A DNA stretch of 64,000 nucleotides from an uncultured Bacteroidales bacterium (GTDB taxonomy: Bacteria > Bacteroidota > Bacteroidia > Bacteroidales > FEN-979), in the NCBI GenBank assembly GCA_903885595.1, contig CAISJJ010000068.1:10671-74670 (forward strand), read 5' to 3'. Both the position numbers and the translations under genes were made by a program. The notes below the pieces were generated by a model, which was not told the DNA's origin, searched no databases, and saw only the letters and a list, made by a program, of their open reading frames with translations. The stretch's first letter is position 1, and every line of letters starts with the position of its first letter. Shown here piece after piece: positions 8,228 to 17,248 of this stretch.

Positions 8228-10170
8228 TTCCCCAGCGTTTCCTTTTTGCATTTTGTATTTTGTATTTTGCATTTTGCACTTTATCCATCCAGGCTCAACA
8301 GCTCTCAACCAGGAATAAAAAAGCTGAAAAGTGTTTTTTCGCCGCTATCGATTCATACCATGCAAAAAATTATGATCAGGCTGTTTCTGAATTAAAAAAG
8401 GCGATAGAACAGGATCCGTTATTTACCGAAGCTTACATCTTGCAAGGCGACATATTTGCTGATAATCAGCAAGCCAATGAAGCCATTTCATCTTACAATG
8501 CTGCTATTAAAACCAACAAACCTTTTTCGCCTGACTTATTTGTCATTTTAGCCAGGATGCAGCTGAGCATTGGCATTTACAGAGATGCAATGTTTAATTT
8601 TCAACGGTACCTGGAATTTGAACAACTAACGGATGAAAAAAGACAACATGCAGAAATTGGAAAACGCGCATGTGAATTTGCAATTCAATGTATGGCCCAC
8701 CCGGTTTTGTTTGAACCTGTTAACCTTGGAGATAGTATTAATACCCGGTTTGATGAATATATCAATGCCATCACTGCGGATGACGAGAATCTATATTTTA
8801 CGCGTTTAAACCCAAAAGACAGCCAGGCGCCTGGCTTGCCGAATCATGGTGAAGAGGACTTCTATGTAGCGAAACGCGCTGATTCTTGCTGGTCTGGAGC
8901 GTTGAACATGGGGCCGCCCATCAACACACAGTTGAATGAAGGCGCATTAAATATTTCACCCGATGGCAAAAAACTGTTTTTCGCGGGATGTAACAGACCT
9001 GATGGGTATGGCCGGTGCGATATTTATTGGGCTAGTCGGGTAGGTGACCAATGGACTGTACCTGAAAATTTGGGTGAAATTGTCAATTCCCCCCAATGGG
9101 ATTCACAACCATCCTTTTCATCCGATGGTAAAACGCTCTATTTTGCCAGCAATCGTCCCGGCGGCAAAGGTAGTTCCGACATCTGGAAAACAGAGTTGCA
9201 GTCAGATGGCCAATGGACTTTACCAGTAAACCTGGGCGATTCTGTAAATACAAAAAATGAAGAAATGGCGCCTTTTATACATCCGGATGATCAAACGCTC
9301 TATTTTTCTTCAAAAGGACATCCGGGAATGGGCAAGCTTGATCTTTTCTATTCACGCCGGTCACCGGGAGGGGCATGGAATGGCCCGGTAAATATGGGAT
9401 ATCCGATCAATACCTTCGCTGATGAAATAACATTGGTTGTAAGTGCAAAAGGCGATGTTGCGTACATCTCCTCTGATATGTCAGGCGGTAAAGGAGGTCA
9501 GGACGTTTACAAATTCCCGCTTTACCCTGAGGCGCGTCCACTTCTTACGACCTATTTCAAAGGTGTTGTTTATGATGATAAGACCGGGGCAAAGTTAGAG
9601 GCACGGTTTGAACTGATCGATCTGGAGACCTCGGCAATTGCGGCAGAATCGCGATCGGACAGAATTACCGGCGAATTTTTACTGATTTTGCCGACCGATA
9701 AAAACTATGCATTGAATGTGTCGAAAGATGGTTACCTCTTTTTTTCAGAAAATTTTTCATTAAGGGGATCGGGGACGCAAACGAAACCATTTATAAAAAA
9801 TATTCCACTTAAGCCGATTAAGCTGGGAGAGGCAGTTGTATTGAAGAACATCTTTTTTGATACAGACAAGTTTATCCTCAGGGATGAATCGCTGGCAGAA
9901 CTGGCAAAATTACTGGAACTGCTGCAAAAGAATCCCAAATTGAAAATCGAGATAAGTGGACACACCGACAATATTGGCACCGCAGAGCATAATCTTGAAT
10001 TATCTGGCAATCGTGCACAGGCTGTGTATAGCTACCTGATACAACATGGCATTGCGGCAACCAGGCTTTCGTTTGCCGGGTATGGGTTCAGTCAGCCCAT
10101 TGATGACAATACATCTGAGGATGGCCGTGCAAATAACCGTCGCACTGAATTTAAAGTAATGGGGAATTAA
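8224..10170 (+). CDS. OmpA-family protein with a signal peptide, TPR repeats, PD40/TolB-like beta-propeller repeats and a C-terminal OmpA peptidoglycan-binding domain
   Basis: Signal peptide MIPQRFLFAFCILYFAFCTLSIQAQ. Repeated SPDGK.LYFAS/SSDGKTLYFAS PD40 motifs. C-terminal TDNIG...NL.LS..RA..V...L...GI...R.....G.G...P...N......NRRTEF. The start at 8224 overlaps the queE stop (ATGA). Confidence 0.85.
   Translation: MIPQRFLFAFCILYFAFCTLSIQAQQLSTRNKKAEKCFFAAIDSYHAKNYDQAVSELKKAIEQDPLFTEAYILQGDIFADNQQANEAISSYNAAIKTNKPFSPDLFVILARMQLSIGIYRDAMFNFQRYLEFEQLTDEKRQHAEIGKRACEFAIQCMAHPVLFEPVNLGDSINTRFDEYINAITADDENLYFTRLNPKDSQAPGLPNHGEEDFYVAKRADSCWSGALNMGPPINTQLNEGALNISPDGKKLFFAGCNRPDGYGRCDIYWASRVGDQWTVPENLGEIVNSPQWDSQPSFSSDGKTLYFASNRPGGKGSSDIWKTELQSDGQWTLPVNLGDSVNTKNEEMAPFIHPDDQTLYFSSKGHPGMGKLDLFYSRRSPGGAWNGPVNMGYPINTFADEITLVVSAKGDVAYISSDMSGGKGGQDVYKFPLYPEARPLLTTYFKGVVYDDKTGAKLEARFELIDLETSAIAAESRSDRITGEFLLILPTDKNYALNVSKDGYLFFSENFSLRGSGTQTKPFIKNIPLKPIKLGEAVVLKNIFFDTDKFILRDESLAELAKLLELLQKNPKLKIEISGHTDNIGTAEHNLELSGNRAQAVYSYLIQHGIAATRLSFAGYGFSQPIDDNTSEDGRANNRRTEFKVMGN
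8244..8278 (+). repeat. heptanucleotide tandem repeat, (TTTTGYA) x5, inside the signal-peptide coding region
   Basis: Read directly as TTTTGCA TTTTGTA TTTTGTA TTTTGCA TTTTGCA. It encodes the hydrophobic core FAFCILYFAFC. Confidence 0.9.
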
Positions 10171-10181
10171 ATTAATATTCG

Positions 10182-10189
10182 TACCTTTG
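10182..10189 (+). promoter_or_regulatory. candidate -7 promoter box TACCTTTG for thrS-infC-rpmI-rplT
   Basis: Matches TAnnTTTG and lies 27 nt upstream of the thrS ATG. Confidence 0.4.
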
Positions 10190-10215
10190 CACCCCTTAAA
10201 ATCACCCATTCTTAC

Positions 10216-12159
10216 ATGATTAATATTACACTGCCCGATAATTCGGTTCGTCAATATCCTGAAGGAGTTACAGGTGTTGATATAGCAAAAAGCATCAGCG
10301 AGGGACTTGCACGCAACGTTCTTTCAATTAAGGTTAATGATGAAATTTGGGATGCAACCCGTTCTATTTCAACCGATGCGAAGATCAGATTGTTTACCTG
10401 GAGCGACCCCGAAGGTAAGGCTACCATGTGGCATTCTTCGGCTCATTTAATGGCCGAGGCTGTTGAATTGCTTTACCCGGGTGTAAAATTCGGGATCGGC
10501 CCCGATATTGAAAACGGCTTTTACTACGATATCGATTTTGGAAATCAAACGATCTCTTCAGATGATTTTATAAAAATTGAAAAAAAAATACTGGAATTAG
10601 CCAGGGAAAAGCAGCAGTTCATTCGCAAGGATGTATCCAAATCTGAGGCGGTTGACTATTTCACAACGAAAGGAGATGAATATAAAATCGAGTTGATTCA
10701 GGGCCTCGATGATGGACAGATCACCTTTTATGAATCGGGGAAATTCACCGATTTGTGCCGCGGCCCGCATATCCCTGATACCAGCTTTATAAAGGCGATC
10801 AAACTCCTGAACATTGCCGGCGCTTACTGGCGGGGTGATGAAAAACGCAAACAATTGACCCGCATCTACGGAATCACCTTCCCGAAACAAAAAGAGCTGG
10901 ATGATTTCCTCGTATTCCTTGAAGAGGCGAAAAAACGCGACCACCGCAAGCTCGGTAAGGAACTTGAACTTTTTGCATTTTCACAAAAAGTCGGCTTAGG
11001 ACTTCCGTTATGGCTGCCCCGGGGCGCGGCACTGCGTGAAAGGCTGGAAATGTTCCTGAAAAAGGTGCAGAAAAAGGCTGGTTATGAACAGGTGATGTGC
11101 CCCCATATCGGCAATGTCGAATTGTACAAGACATCCGGACACTACCAGAAATATGGAGAAAGCTCTTTTCGTCCGATATCAACTCCGGTTGAGGGTGAAG
11201 AATTTTTCCTCAAACCCATGAATTGCCCTCACCATTGTGAGATATACAAGGTAAAACCGAGATCCTACCGCGATCTGCCGGTCAGGCTTGCCGAATTTGG
11301 CACCGTTTACAGGTATGAACAAAGTGGTGAATTGCATGGATTAACGCGCGTTCGCGGATTTACCCAGGATGATGCGCATATCTTTTGCACCCCCGAACAG
11401 GTGAAAGATGAATTCAAAGGGGTCATGGATATTGTGATGTTGATTTTTAAAGCCTTGAATTTCAAAGATTTCATTGTCCAGATTTCTTTGCGTGATCCGG
11501 AAAATAAAGACAAGTATATTGGTTCCGATGAAAACTGGGAAAAGGCTGAACGTGCCATCATGGAGGTTGCCGAAGAACGCGGATTAAACACTGTCATTGA
11601 ACTTGGCGAAGCGGCCTTCTACGGACCTAAAATGGACTTTATGGTGAAGGATGCCTTGGGCAGAAAATGGCAGCTTGGTACGATCCAGGTTGACTATAAC
11701 CTGCCGGAAAGGTTTGAACTTGAGTATATTGGAAGCGATAATCAAAAGCACCGCCCGGTTATGATCCACCGTGCACCATTTGGGTCAATGGAGCGGTTTG
11801 TGGCTGTATTGTTAGAACATACAGCGGGAAATTTTCCGCTCTGGTTAACGCCGGATCAGGCTATTGTATTGCCAATCAGTGAGAAATATCAGGAATATGC
11901 AAAAAAAGTTTTAAATTTGCTAAATAATTCCGAAATTCGCGCCCTGATTGACGACCGTAATGAAAAGGCGGGCAAGAAAATTCGTGATGCCGAATTGATG
12001 AAAGTTCCCTTTATGCTTGTGGTGGGAGAACGTGAGGAGCATGAAGGTACGGTATCAGTGCGGAAGCATGGCCAGGGTGACCTGGGACCGCAGACAATTG
12101 AGGATTTCATCAGGCTCGTTCATGAGGAAACAAAGAAAGAACTTGGAGAAATTAGCTGA
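10216..12159 (+). CDS. thrS: threonine--tRNA ligase
   Basis: 647 aa. Has an N-terminal TGS domain, an editing-domain HSSAH motif, class II core motifs (FRPISTP..., GFTQDDAH) and a C-terminal anticodon-binding domain. Confidence 0.95.
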   Translation: MINITLPDNSVRQYPEGVTGVDIAKSISEGLARNVLSIKVNDEIWDATRSISTDAKIRLFTWSDPEGKATMWHSSAHLMAEAVELLYPGVKFGIGPDIENGFYYDIDFGNQTISSDDFIKIEKKILELAREKQQFIRKDVSKSEAVDYFTTKGDEYKIELIQGLDDGQITFYESGKFTDLCRGPHIPDTSFIKAIKLLNIAGAYWRGDEKRKQLTRIYGITFPKQKELDDFLVFLEEAKKRDHRKLGKELELFAFSQKVGLGLPLWLPRGAALRERLEMFLKKVQKKAGYEQVMCPHIGNVELYKTSGHYQKYGESSFRPISTPVEGEEFFLKPMNCPHHCEIYKVKPRSYRDLPVRLAEFGTVYRYEQSGELHGLTRVRGFTQDDAHIFCTPEQVKDEFKGVMDIVMLIFKALNFKDFIVQISLRDPENKDKYIGSDENWEKAERAIMEVAEERGLNTVIELGEAAFYGPKMDFMVKDALGRKWQLGTIQVDYNLPERFELEYIGSDNQKHRPVMIHRAPFGSMERFVAVLLEHTAGNFPLWLTPDQAIVLPISEKYQEYAKKVLNLLNNSEIRALIDDRNEKAGKKIRDAELMKVPFMLVVGEREEHEGTVSVRKHGQGDLGPQTIEDFIRLVHEETKKELGEIS

Positions 12160-12193
12160 TAGATAACCTGAGTATTCACTAATCATTGGAGGA

Positions 12194-12754
12194 ATTACAA
12201 TAGTAACACAATTTAGCGGCCCGAGACGATATCCAAAACCGGGAAAGAAAGAAGAACCTTATAACATCAACCAATGGATCAAGGCTCCAGTTGTACGGGT
12301 GGTTGGTGAAAATATTGAACCAGGCATCTACAACATTCGTGAAGCTATGAATATTGCCGAAGCCAAAGGTCTTGACCTTGTCGAAATTTCACCAACTGCA
12401 AATCCTCCCGTTTGCAAGGTGATTGACTACAAAAAGTTTCTTTACGAGCTTAAAAAGAAGCAGAAAGAGATGAAGGCCAAAACCGCGAAAATTATTGTTA
12501 AGGAAATTAGACTTGGACCGAATACCGATGAGCATGATTTTAATTTTAAACTCAACCATGCAATAAAATTTCTGAAAGATGGTGCGAAGGTTAAAGTTGA
12601 TGTTTTTTTCAAAGGTCGTTCAATCATCTATAAAGAACAAGGGGAGCTGATCCTGTTGAAATTTGCCCAGGCCCTGGTTGAGGTCGGAAAAATTGAACAG
12701 ATGCCACGCCTCGAAGGAAAACGCATGATCATGATCATCACGCCTAAAAAATAA
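12194..12754 (+). CDS. infC: translation initiation factor IF-3; the start is probably non-AUG (ATT 12194 or ATA 12200)
   Basis: The track ORF begins at GTG 12299 (MVGENIE). The conserved IF-3 N-terminus [16 protein letters not shown] lies in frame upstream, and the frame is open back to 12167 with no ATG. ATT at 12194 sits right after GGAGGA. The exact start is uncertain. Confidence 0.8.
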   Translation: MTIVTQFSGPRRYPKPGKKEEPYNINQWIKAPVVRVVGENIEPGIYNIREAMNIAEAKGLDLVEISPTANPPVCKVIDYKKFLYELKKKQKEMKAKTAKIIVKEIRLGPNTDEHDFNFKLNHAIKFLKDGAKVKVDVFFKGRSIIYKEQGELILLKFAQALVEVGKIEQMPRLEGKRMIMIITPKK

Positions 12755-12759
12755 TGCAC

Positions 12760-12799
12760 AATTCAATAATTCAATAATTCAATAATTCAATAATTCAAC
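12760..12799. repeat. octanucleotide tandem repeat, (AATTCAAT) x4 plus AATTCAAC
   Basis: Read directly. It lies in the 56-nt infC-rpmI spacer. Confidence 0.9.
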
Positions 12800-12810
12800 A
12801 AAAAGGTAAC

Positions 12811-13005
12811 ATGCCAAAAATGAAGACCAAATCCGGCGCCAAAAAAAGATTCGCTCTTACGGGTACCGGTAAAATCAAACGGAAGCATGCTTACAAAAGC
12901 CACATCCTGACCAAAAAAACCATCAAACGGAAACGTAATCTTACGTATTCGACTACGGTTCATAAAGCAGATGAAGCCAATGTAAAAGAGATGCTCCAGG
13001 GTTAA
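12811..13005 (+). CDS. rpmI: 50S ribosomal protein L35
   Basis: 64 aa. [14 protein letters not shown]...HILTKK is canonical L35. Confidence 0.95.
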   Translation: MPKMKTKSGAKKRFALTGTGKIKRKHAYKSHILTKKTIKRKRNLTYSTTVHKADEANVKEMLQG

Positions 13006-13079
13006 TTATTCATTGTTTAACTTGTGATTAGCTTCAAAAGTTCCCGGAATCGGGGCGCTAACGCAAAAAATCAGAAACT

Positions 13080-13427
13080 ATGCCAAGATCAGTAAACGCA
13101 GTCGCCTCGCGAGAGAGAAGGAAGAAAATCCTTAAACGGGCAAAAGGACAGTTCGGAAGAAGAAAAAATGTTCTTACCGTTGCGAAAAATTCAGTAGAAA
13201 AAGGGTTGGGCTATGCCTACCGCGATCGTCGTACCAAGAAACGGAATTTCCGTGGTCTCTGGATCACCCGTATCAATGCCGGTGTACGCCAGTATGGAAT
13301 GTCATATTCCGTATTTATTGGTAAACTTGCGGAGAAGAACATCACCCTCAACAGGAAAACACTTGCCGATTTAGCCATGAACCATCCGGAAGCCTTTAAA
13401 GCAGTGGTTGACGAACTCAACAGCTAG
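13080..13427 (+). CDS. rplT: 50S ribosomal protein L20
   Basis: 115 aa. MPRSVN.V.SR.RRKKILK.AKG..G and INRK.LA.LA are canonical L20. Confidence 0.95.
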   Translation: MPRSVNAVASRERRKKILKRAKGQFGRRKNVLTVAKNSVEKGLGYAYRDRRTKKRNFRGLWITRINAGVRQYGMSYSVFIGKLAEKNITLNRKTLADLAMNHPEAFKAVVDELNS

Positions 13428-13447
13428 ACCAGCTTGTCCGATAAAGA

Positions 13448-13480
13448 AAGAAAGCCGTTCCCTCTAAGGACGGCTTTCTT
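13448..13480. terminator. hairpin between the convergent rplT and thioredoxin-like genes (likely a bidirectional terminator)
   Basis: The 11-bp stem AAGAAAGCCGT (13448-13458) pairs with ACGGCTTTCTT (13470-13480) around an 11-nt loop. It is flanked by A-rich sequence on the left and T-rich sequence on the right. Confidence 0.6.
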
Positions 13481-13501
13481 CGTTATGGTCAAACACGGGG
13501 A

Positions 13502-14920
13502 TCAGTCCTCTTTATTCCGCTTTGCATAATTATCCAGGAATTCTCCGATTTTGTCGGGTGGCAATTGCTTGGCAATGATCTCTTTCTGCTCGTTCAGAAT
13601 ATAAATGACCGGAGTAGAAATAATGTCGTAGGAGTCGTGAAAATCGCCGGTTAAAGTTCGCGGACCATTTACATTGATCCAGATCATGCTGTTCTTCCTG
13701 ATTTTGGTTTTCATTTTAGCCATGGAAGTGTCAGAACTCACAGCAAAAATTTCGAGCCCGTATTTCTCTTTATTGATGTCATAAGCCGACTTGATCTTGG
13801 GCATATCCTGCTCACAATGACTGCAATCGGGATCCCAGAATAAAAGCATAAGGTATTTAGCCTTGATGGTGTGCATGGAGATAAGTTTCAAACTTGTATC
13901 CTGCATGACCATATTGGGCGCTACTTTTCCAAGGAGTAAGCTACGGGTTTTATTTGCTTTTTTAATAATCTTTTCATTGGTGGTTTTATCTACCCACGAC
14001 GCCTGGCCGGTAACGTAATACTTATCAACAATATGGACAAATATCTCATCAAATCCCATGATTTCTGAGGTTTCAAACTTGTAGGTCGTGAACCATACAA
14101 AGTATTTGAACATTTCAGGATTTGGTCTTGATTTCTCTACTATCGTATCCACTTCGCGAATTATAGAATCAGGGTCTGGAACAATAATCTGATCAAAATA
14201 TTTCTTGAGCTTAGGATAGAAAACAGGGGTTCGCAATAGCCGGTCATCCGTAAAATCAACATCGTCCCAATAATGTGCTTTATAGTATCGGTATGAAAAA
14301 GTGGAATCCTTTTTTCCGTTTGCAAGTAAAGGTGCCTCTGGAATCTCAGGCTCTTTCATCGCATTTATCATCAGGGAGATAAATGCTTCCGGATACTTTT
14401 TGACAAGGTCGAGCTTATATGAAATGAGCTCTTTGCTCAGGTCAGAGATCATGGTTGAATAAATTTCGACGGAATCTTTTTTCTCTGCTGCATTTTTCTG
14501 CTTATTCTGAATTGCCTGAATCTGGGTGTATTTTTCCCTGTTGAAGGTCAAATATTTGAAAAAAAGTTCATTGTCAGGGGAGTCTTTGATGACCATCTTT
14601 GTAACCGGATCGTTAACGTCTGTCTCCATGGAGAATTTGCGGTCATTGTTAATGACAAAATCAAAATAGTTTTTATCGGTAATTACAAAAATATAAAGTC
14701 CTTTTGGAAGATCAGACGGCGCTTTAAAAACACAACGGCCCGAACCATCAACCTTAAGCGTATCTTTAATGTAGGTTCCGTTGCTGTAATAATTGCCGAT
14801 AAAACATGTTGTATCCTTTAACCCGTTAATTTTGAATTTTATTAAATAATCCTGTCCATACGAAGGTGAAAAAAAAAGTAAGCAGATACTTACACATATT
14901 GTAATTCGTAATTTCAGCAT
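13502..14920 (-). CDS. secreted thioredoxin-fold (TlpA/AhpC-TSA-like) protein with an N-terminal DUF4369/DUF5106-like region
   Basis: 472 aa with a signal peptide. The C-terminal thioredoxin motif is FWDPDCSHCEQ (CxxC). Confidence 0.75.
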   Translation of the reverse strand: MLKLRITICVSICLLFFSPSYGQDYLIKFKINGLKDTTCFIGNYYSNGTYIKDTLKVDGSGRCVFKAPSDLPKGLYIFVITDKNYFDFVINNDRKFSMETDVNDPVTKMVIKDSPDNELFFKYLTFNREKYTQIQAIQNKQKNAAEKKDSVEIYSTMISDLSKELISYKLDLVKKYPEAFISLMINAMKEPEIPEAPLLANGKKDSTFSYRYYKAHYWDDVDFTDDRLLRTPVFYPKLKKYFDQIIVPDPDSIIREVDTIVEKSRPNPEMFKYFVWFTTYKFETSEIMGFDEIFVHIVDKYYVTGQASWVDKTTNEKIIKKANKTRSLLLGKVAPNMVMQDTSLKLISMHTIKAKYLMLLFWDPDCSHCEQDMPKIKSAYDINKEKYGLEIFAVSSDTSMAKMKTKIRKNSMIWINVNGPRTLTGDFHDSYDIISTPVIYILNEQKEIIAKQLPPDKIGEFLDNYAKRNKED

Positions 14921-14958
14921 AAGGTCATTTTTGTATTAGTAACGTAAAGTTTGTAATT

Positions 14959-15651
14959 CTATTTTCCTGATAATTCCTTTTCATAGGGACGGAAGAAGAA
15001 CCGGACATAAAAATAGCCAATAAGTTCATTTACGGTCTCCCTTACGCCTTTGCTCGATCTCCACCAATTAGCAGGGCCATAGTAAAAATTCGGGACGGAT
15101 ATGATGCCAACACTGATCGAGTCCCCTAAGGCAGCTTCGAATAACAACCAGCTGCGGCCTCCATGCACGCTCATGGTCATGAGGTTGATGGCCTTAATAT
15201 CCGGCCGGTTGGCCCTGATCCATTTTTTTAATCTGATCGCAGAATTATAGGTCCGGTCATTCCTGATTTCGTCTGTTCCGATCATGATAAGTTTCGTGGA
15301 ATCAAAACCCAGCCTGAGCAGCGACATCCCGGCCACCCTGGCAGTATTGCGGTATGGTGCAAGCAAATCTCCATATTCCAATGGTGTTCCGGTGGTTATG
15401 AGCAGTTTGTAATGGTTGTTGGTAAATTCCTTCATCGCATCCTTCAGAACATAGTCACTGATAAATCCCTCAAGAACGAGAACGTCGGTTTTCTCGCGGT
15501 GGACAGGAGCAAGGATCGAAAAAATATTTCTGAATCCGATAAACAGGGTCAATATAATTATTATTACCAAAACCAACCATCCGTAAAGAGACAAACCCCA
15601 ACGCTCTTTTTTGTTTATAAGAAAATAGTTCTTTCCAGTTTTTTCCTTCAT
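14959..15651 (-). CDS. membrane-anchored DUF218 (YdcF/ElyC/SanA-like) protein
   Basis: 230 aa with one N-terminal TM helix. The domain layout resembles DUF218. Assigned by overall resemblance only. Confidence 0.45.
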   Translation of the reverse strand: MKEKTGKNYFLINKKERWGLSLYGWLVLVIIIILTLFIGFRNIFSILAPVHREKTDVLVLEGFISDYVLKDAMKEFTNNHYKLLITTGTPLEYGDLLAPYRNTARVAGMSLLRLGFDSTKLIMIGTDEIRNDRTYNSAIRLKKWIRANRPDIKAINLMTMSVHGGRSWLLFEAALGDSISVGIISVPNFYYGPANWWRSSKGVRETVNELIGYFYVRFFFRPYEKELSGK

Positions 15652-15653
15652 AG

Positions 15654-17207
15654 CTATGCCGACAGGTGTTCCTTGCGTAAAAGATCATTGACGGTCTTCA
15701 CCGGATTAAAGGTAATGATGGGAACTTCAATAAATATGGTGATCCACTTCGCCATGGCACCGTTCCATAATCCCGGTAATTCCTGTGCTTTCAGCGTTTT
15801 ACCGCCGCTTGACTTAAATGAAATAAATCCGGTATTTTCATCAACAAACTCCTTTAGATCAAACGGATTCCCCTTGTAATCTTTGGTACTGCAAACCAAA
15901 TCAACAGGATTAAAATGAGTGGATGCAGCAACAATGGCTTTTTGGTCAGGATCGTTCATGTTTATCTGGGATGCTTCAACAATCTGGAGCGACAAACTGC
16001 CGTCATCTCCAACGACCCAGAAGGGGCCGCCTCCCGGTTCGCCTTCATTTTTCACCATACCGCAAACGCGCATCGGGCGATTCATAAGTGCAACCAGGAT
16101 ATCAGCCTGCTCTCTTAGTGTTTTTGAAAACAGATCCCCGGGGATATGTAAAAACAGTTTCTTTTTTAAAAATGAAGATATTTCCGCTAAATCTTCCTGG
16201 CTGGCCTGCTGGTTGATTATTTTCTGCAGGTAAGCCATGATCATCTGCTTCATGTTTAAAAGATAGCCTCCAAGAAGCTTCTTATACTCAAAGGTTATCT
16301 CTTTTAACCGGTCGGGGACAATATTGTCTATGTTTTTTACAAAAATCAGATCTGCATCTGCTTCATTCAGGTTCTCAAGCAATGCGCCATGTCCACCGGG
16401 ACGGAAAAGGATAGAGCCATCCTGGTTTCTCACAGGTTGATTGTTTTCGTCGACTGCGATCGTATCGGTTGATGGCTTTTGAATTGAAAAGGTAATCTCG
16501 AAATTCACCCCAAGCCTTAATTGATAGAACTCCCTGACTTGTAAAAGAAGCGCCAGGAACTTTTCCTGGTGTTCGGGGGAGATGGTAAAATGAATCCGTG
16601 CCTTGTGTGCCCTGTCTTTGGTGTATTCGGCAGCTTCGACCATGTGCTCTTCAGCGGCGGTTCGCGAACCTTCGGGATATTGGTGGAATTTCAATAGTGC
16701 CTTTGGCAGATTTGCACAACCCAATCCCTGGTCGGTGAGAATAAAATCTATGAGTGTCGCATATTCTTTGTCTGATAGGATTCGATCTATTGACTTTCCC
16801 GATTTGCCTAATTGATCGGAGAGGTCCTGGTAAAAGGCAATCTGATCAAGATGCGAGATAAAATAACTTACCGAATTAAATCCCAAATCCTGGCTGAGTA
16901 ATTCATCTCCCAGCGAACCCGGCTTAAATTTCTCCCTGAATTCAAACAAGTGCTTGAACATTCGGCTAGCAGCCCCGGACGCAGGGACAAATTTAACAAC
17001 CTTCAGGCCGGGTAGGGTTGAGATAAACTGAGATATGTAAAAGGCTTTTTCCTCATCGGTGAAAGTCAGCAATCCATCATCCGGAATGGCAGGTTTGGCC
17101 AGTTTTATGAATGGAAAACCTGTAACAAAATGATCAATTTGCTTCCTGATTACGGAAACCTGAATTCCCTTATTCAGAAATTGTTCAGAATCTTTGGAGT
17201 CAAACAT
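15654..17207 (-). CDS. DUF4301-family protein (UDP-sugar pyrophosphorylase-like nucleotidyltransferase fold suspected)
   Basis: 517 aa. The N-terminal FL.KGI....I..QI..F..G.PF..L..PA pattern and FVPASGAASRMFK are typical of Bacteroidota DUF4301 proteins. Confidence 0.55.
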   Translation of the reverse strand: MFDSKDSEQFLNKGIQVSVIRKQIDHFVTGFPFIKLAKPAIPDDGLLTFTDEEKAFYISQFISTLPGLKVVKFVPASGAASRMFKHLFEFREKFKPGSLGDELLSQDLGFNSVSYFISHLDQIAFYQDLSDQLGKSGKSIDRILSDKEYATLIDFILTDQGLGCANLPKALLKFHQYPEGSRTAAEEHMVEAAEYTKDRAHKARIHFTISPEHQEKFLALLLQVREFYQLRLGVNFEITFSIQKPSTDTIAVDENNQPVRNQDGSILFRPGGHGALLENLNEADADLIFVKNIDNIVPDRLKEITFEYKKLLGGYLLNMKQMIMAYLQKIINQQASQEDLAEISSFLKKKLFLHIPGDLFSKTLREQADILVALMNRPMRVCGMVKNEGEPGGGPFWVVGDDGSLSLQIVEASQINMNDPDQKAIVAASTHFNPVDLVCSTKDYKGNPFDLKEFVDENTGFISFKSSGGKTLKAQELPGLWNGAMAKWITIFIEVPIITFNPVKTVNDLLRKEHLSA

Positions 17208-17231
17208 AGGAGTTAATTTGTATTTTTATGA

Positions 17232-17239
17232 CAAAATTA
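17232..17239 (-). promoter_or_regulatory. candidate -7 promoter box TAATTTTG (minus strand) for the DUF4301 gene
   Basis: Matches TAnnTTTG, 25 nt upstream of the start at 17207, inside a 41-nt divergent spacer. Confidence 0.35.
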
Positions 17240-17248
17240 TTGTAAAAA

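Noticed and set aside
12760-12799. Possible CRISPR-like or other spaced repeat array, considered also for 5273-5314 and 8244-8278
   Set aside because: The units are 7-8 nt and directly abutting with no spacers, and no cas genes are present. These are simple tandem repeats, not CRISPR.
15412-15879. 155-aa plus-strand ORF bridging the DUF218 and DUF4301 genes
   Set aside because: It is antisense to two adjacent well-supported minus-strand genes, crosses their 2-nt junction and has no coding signature.
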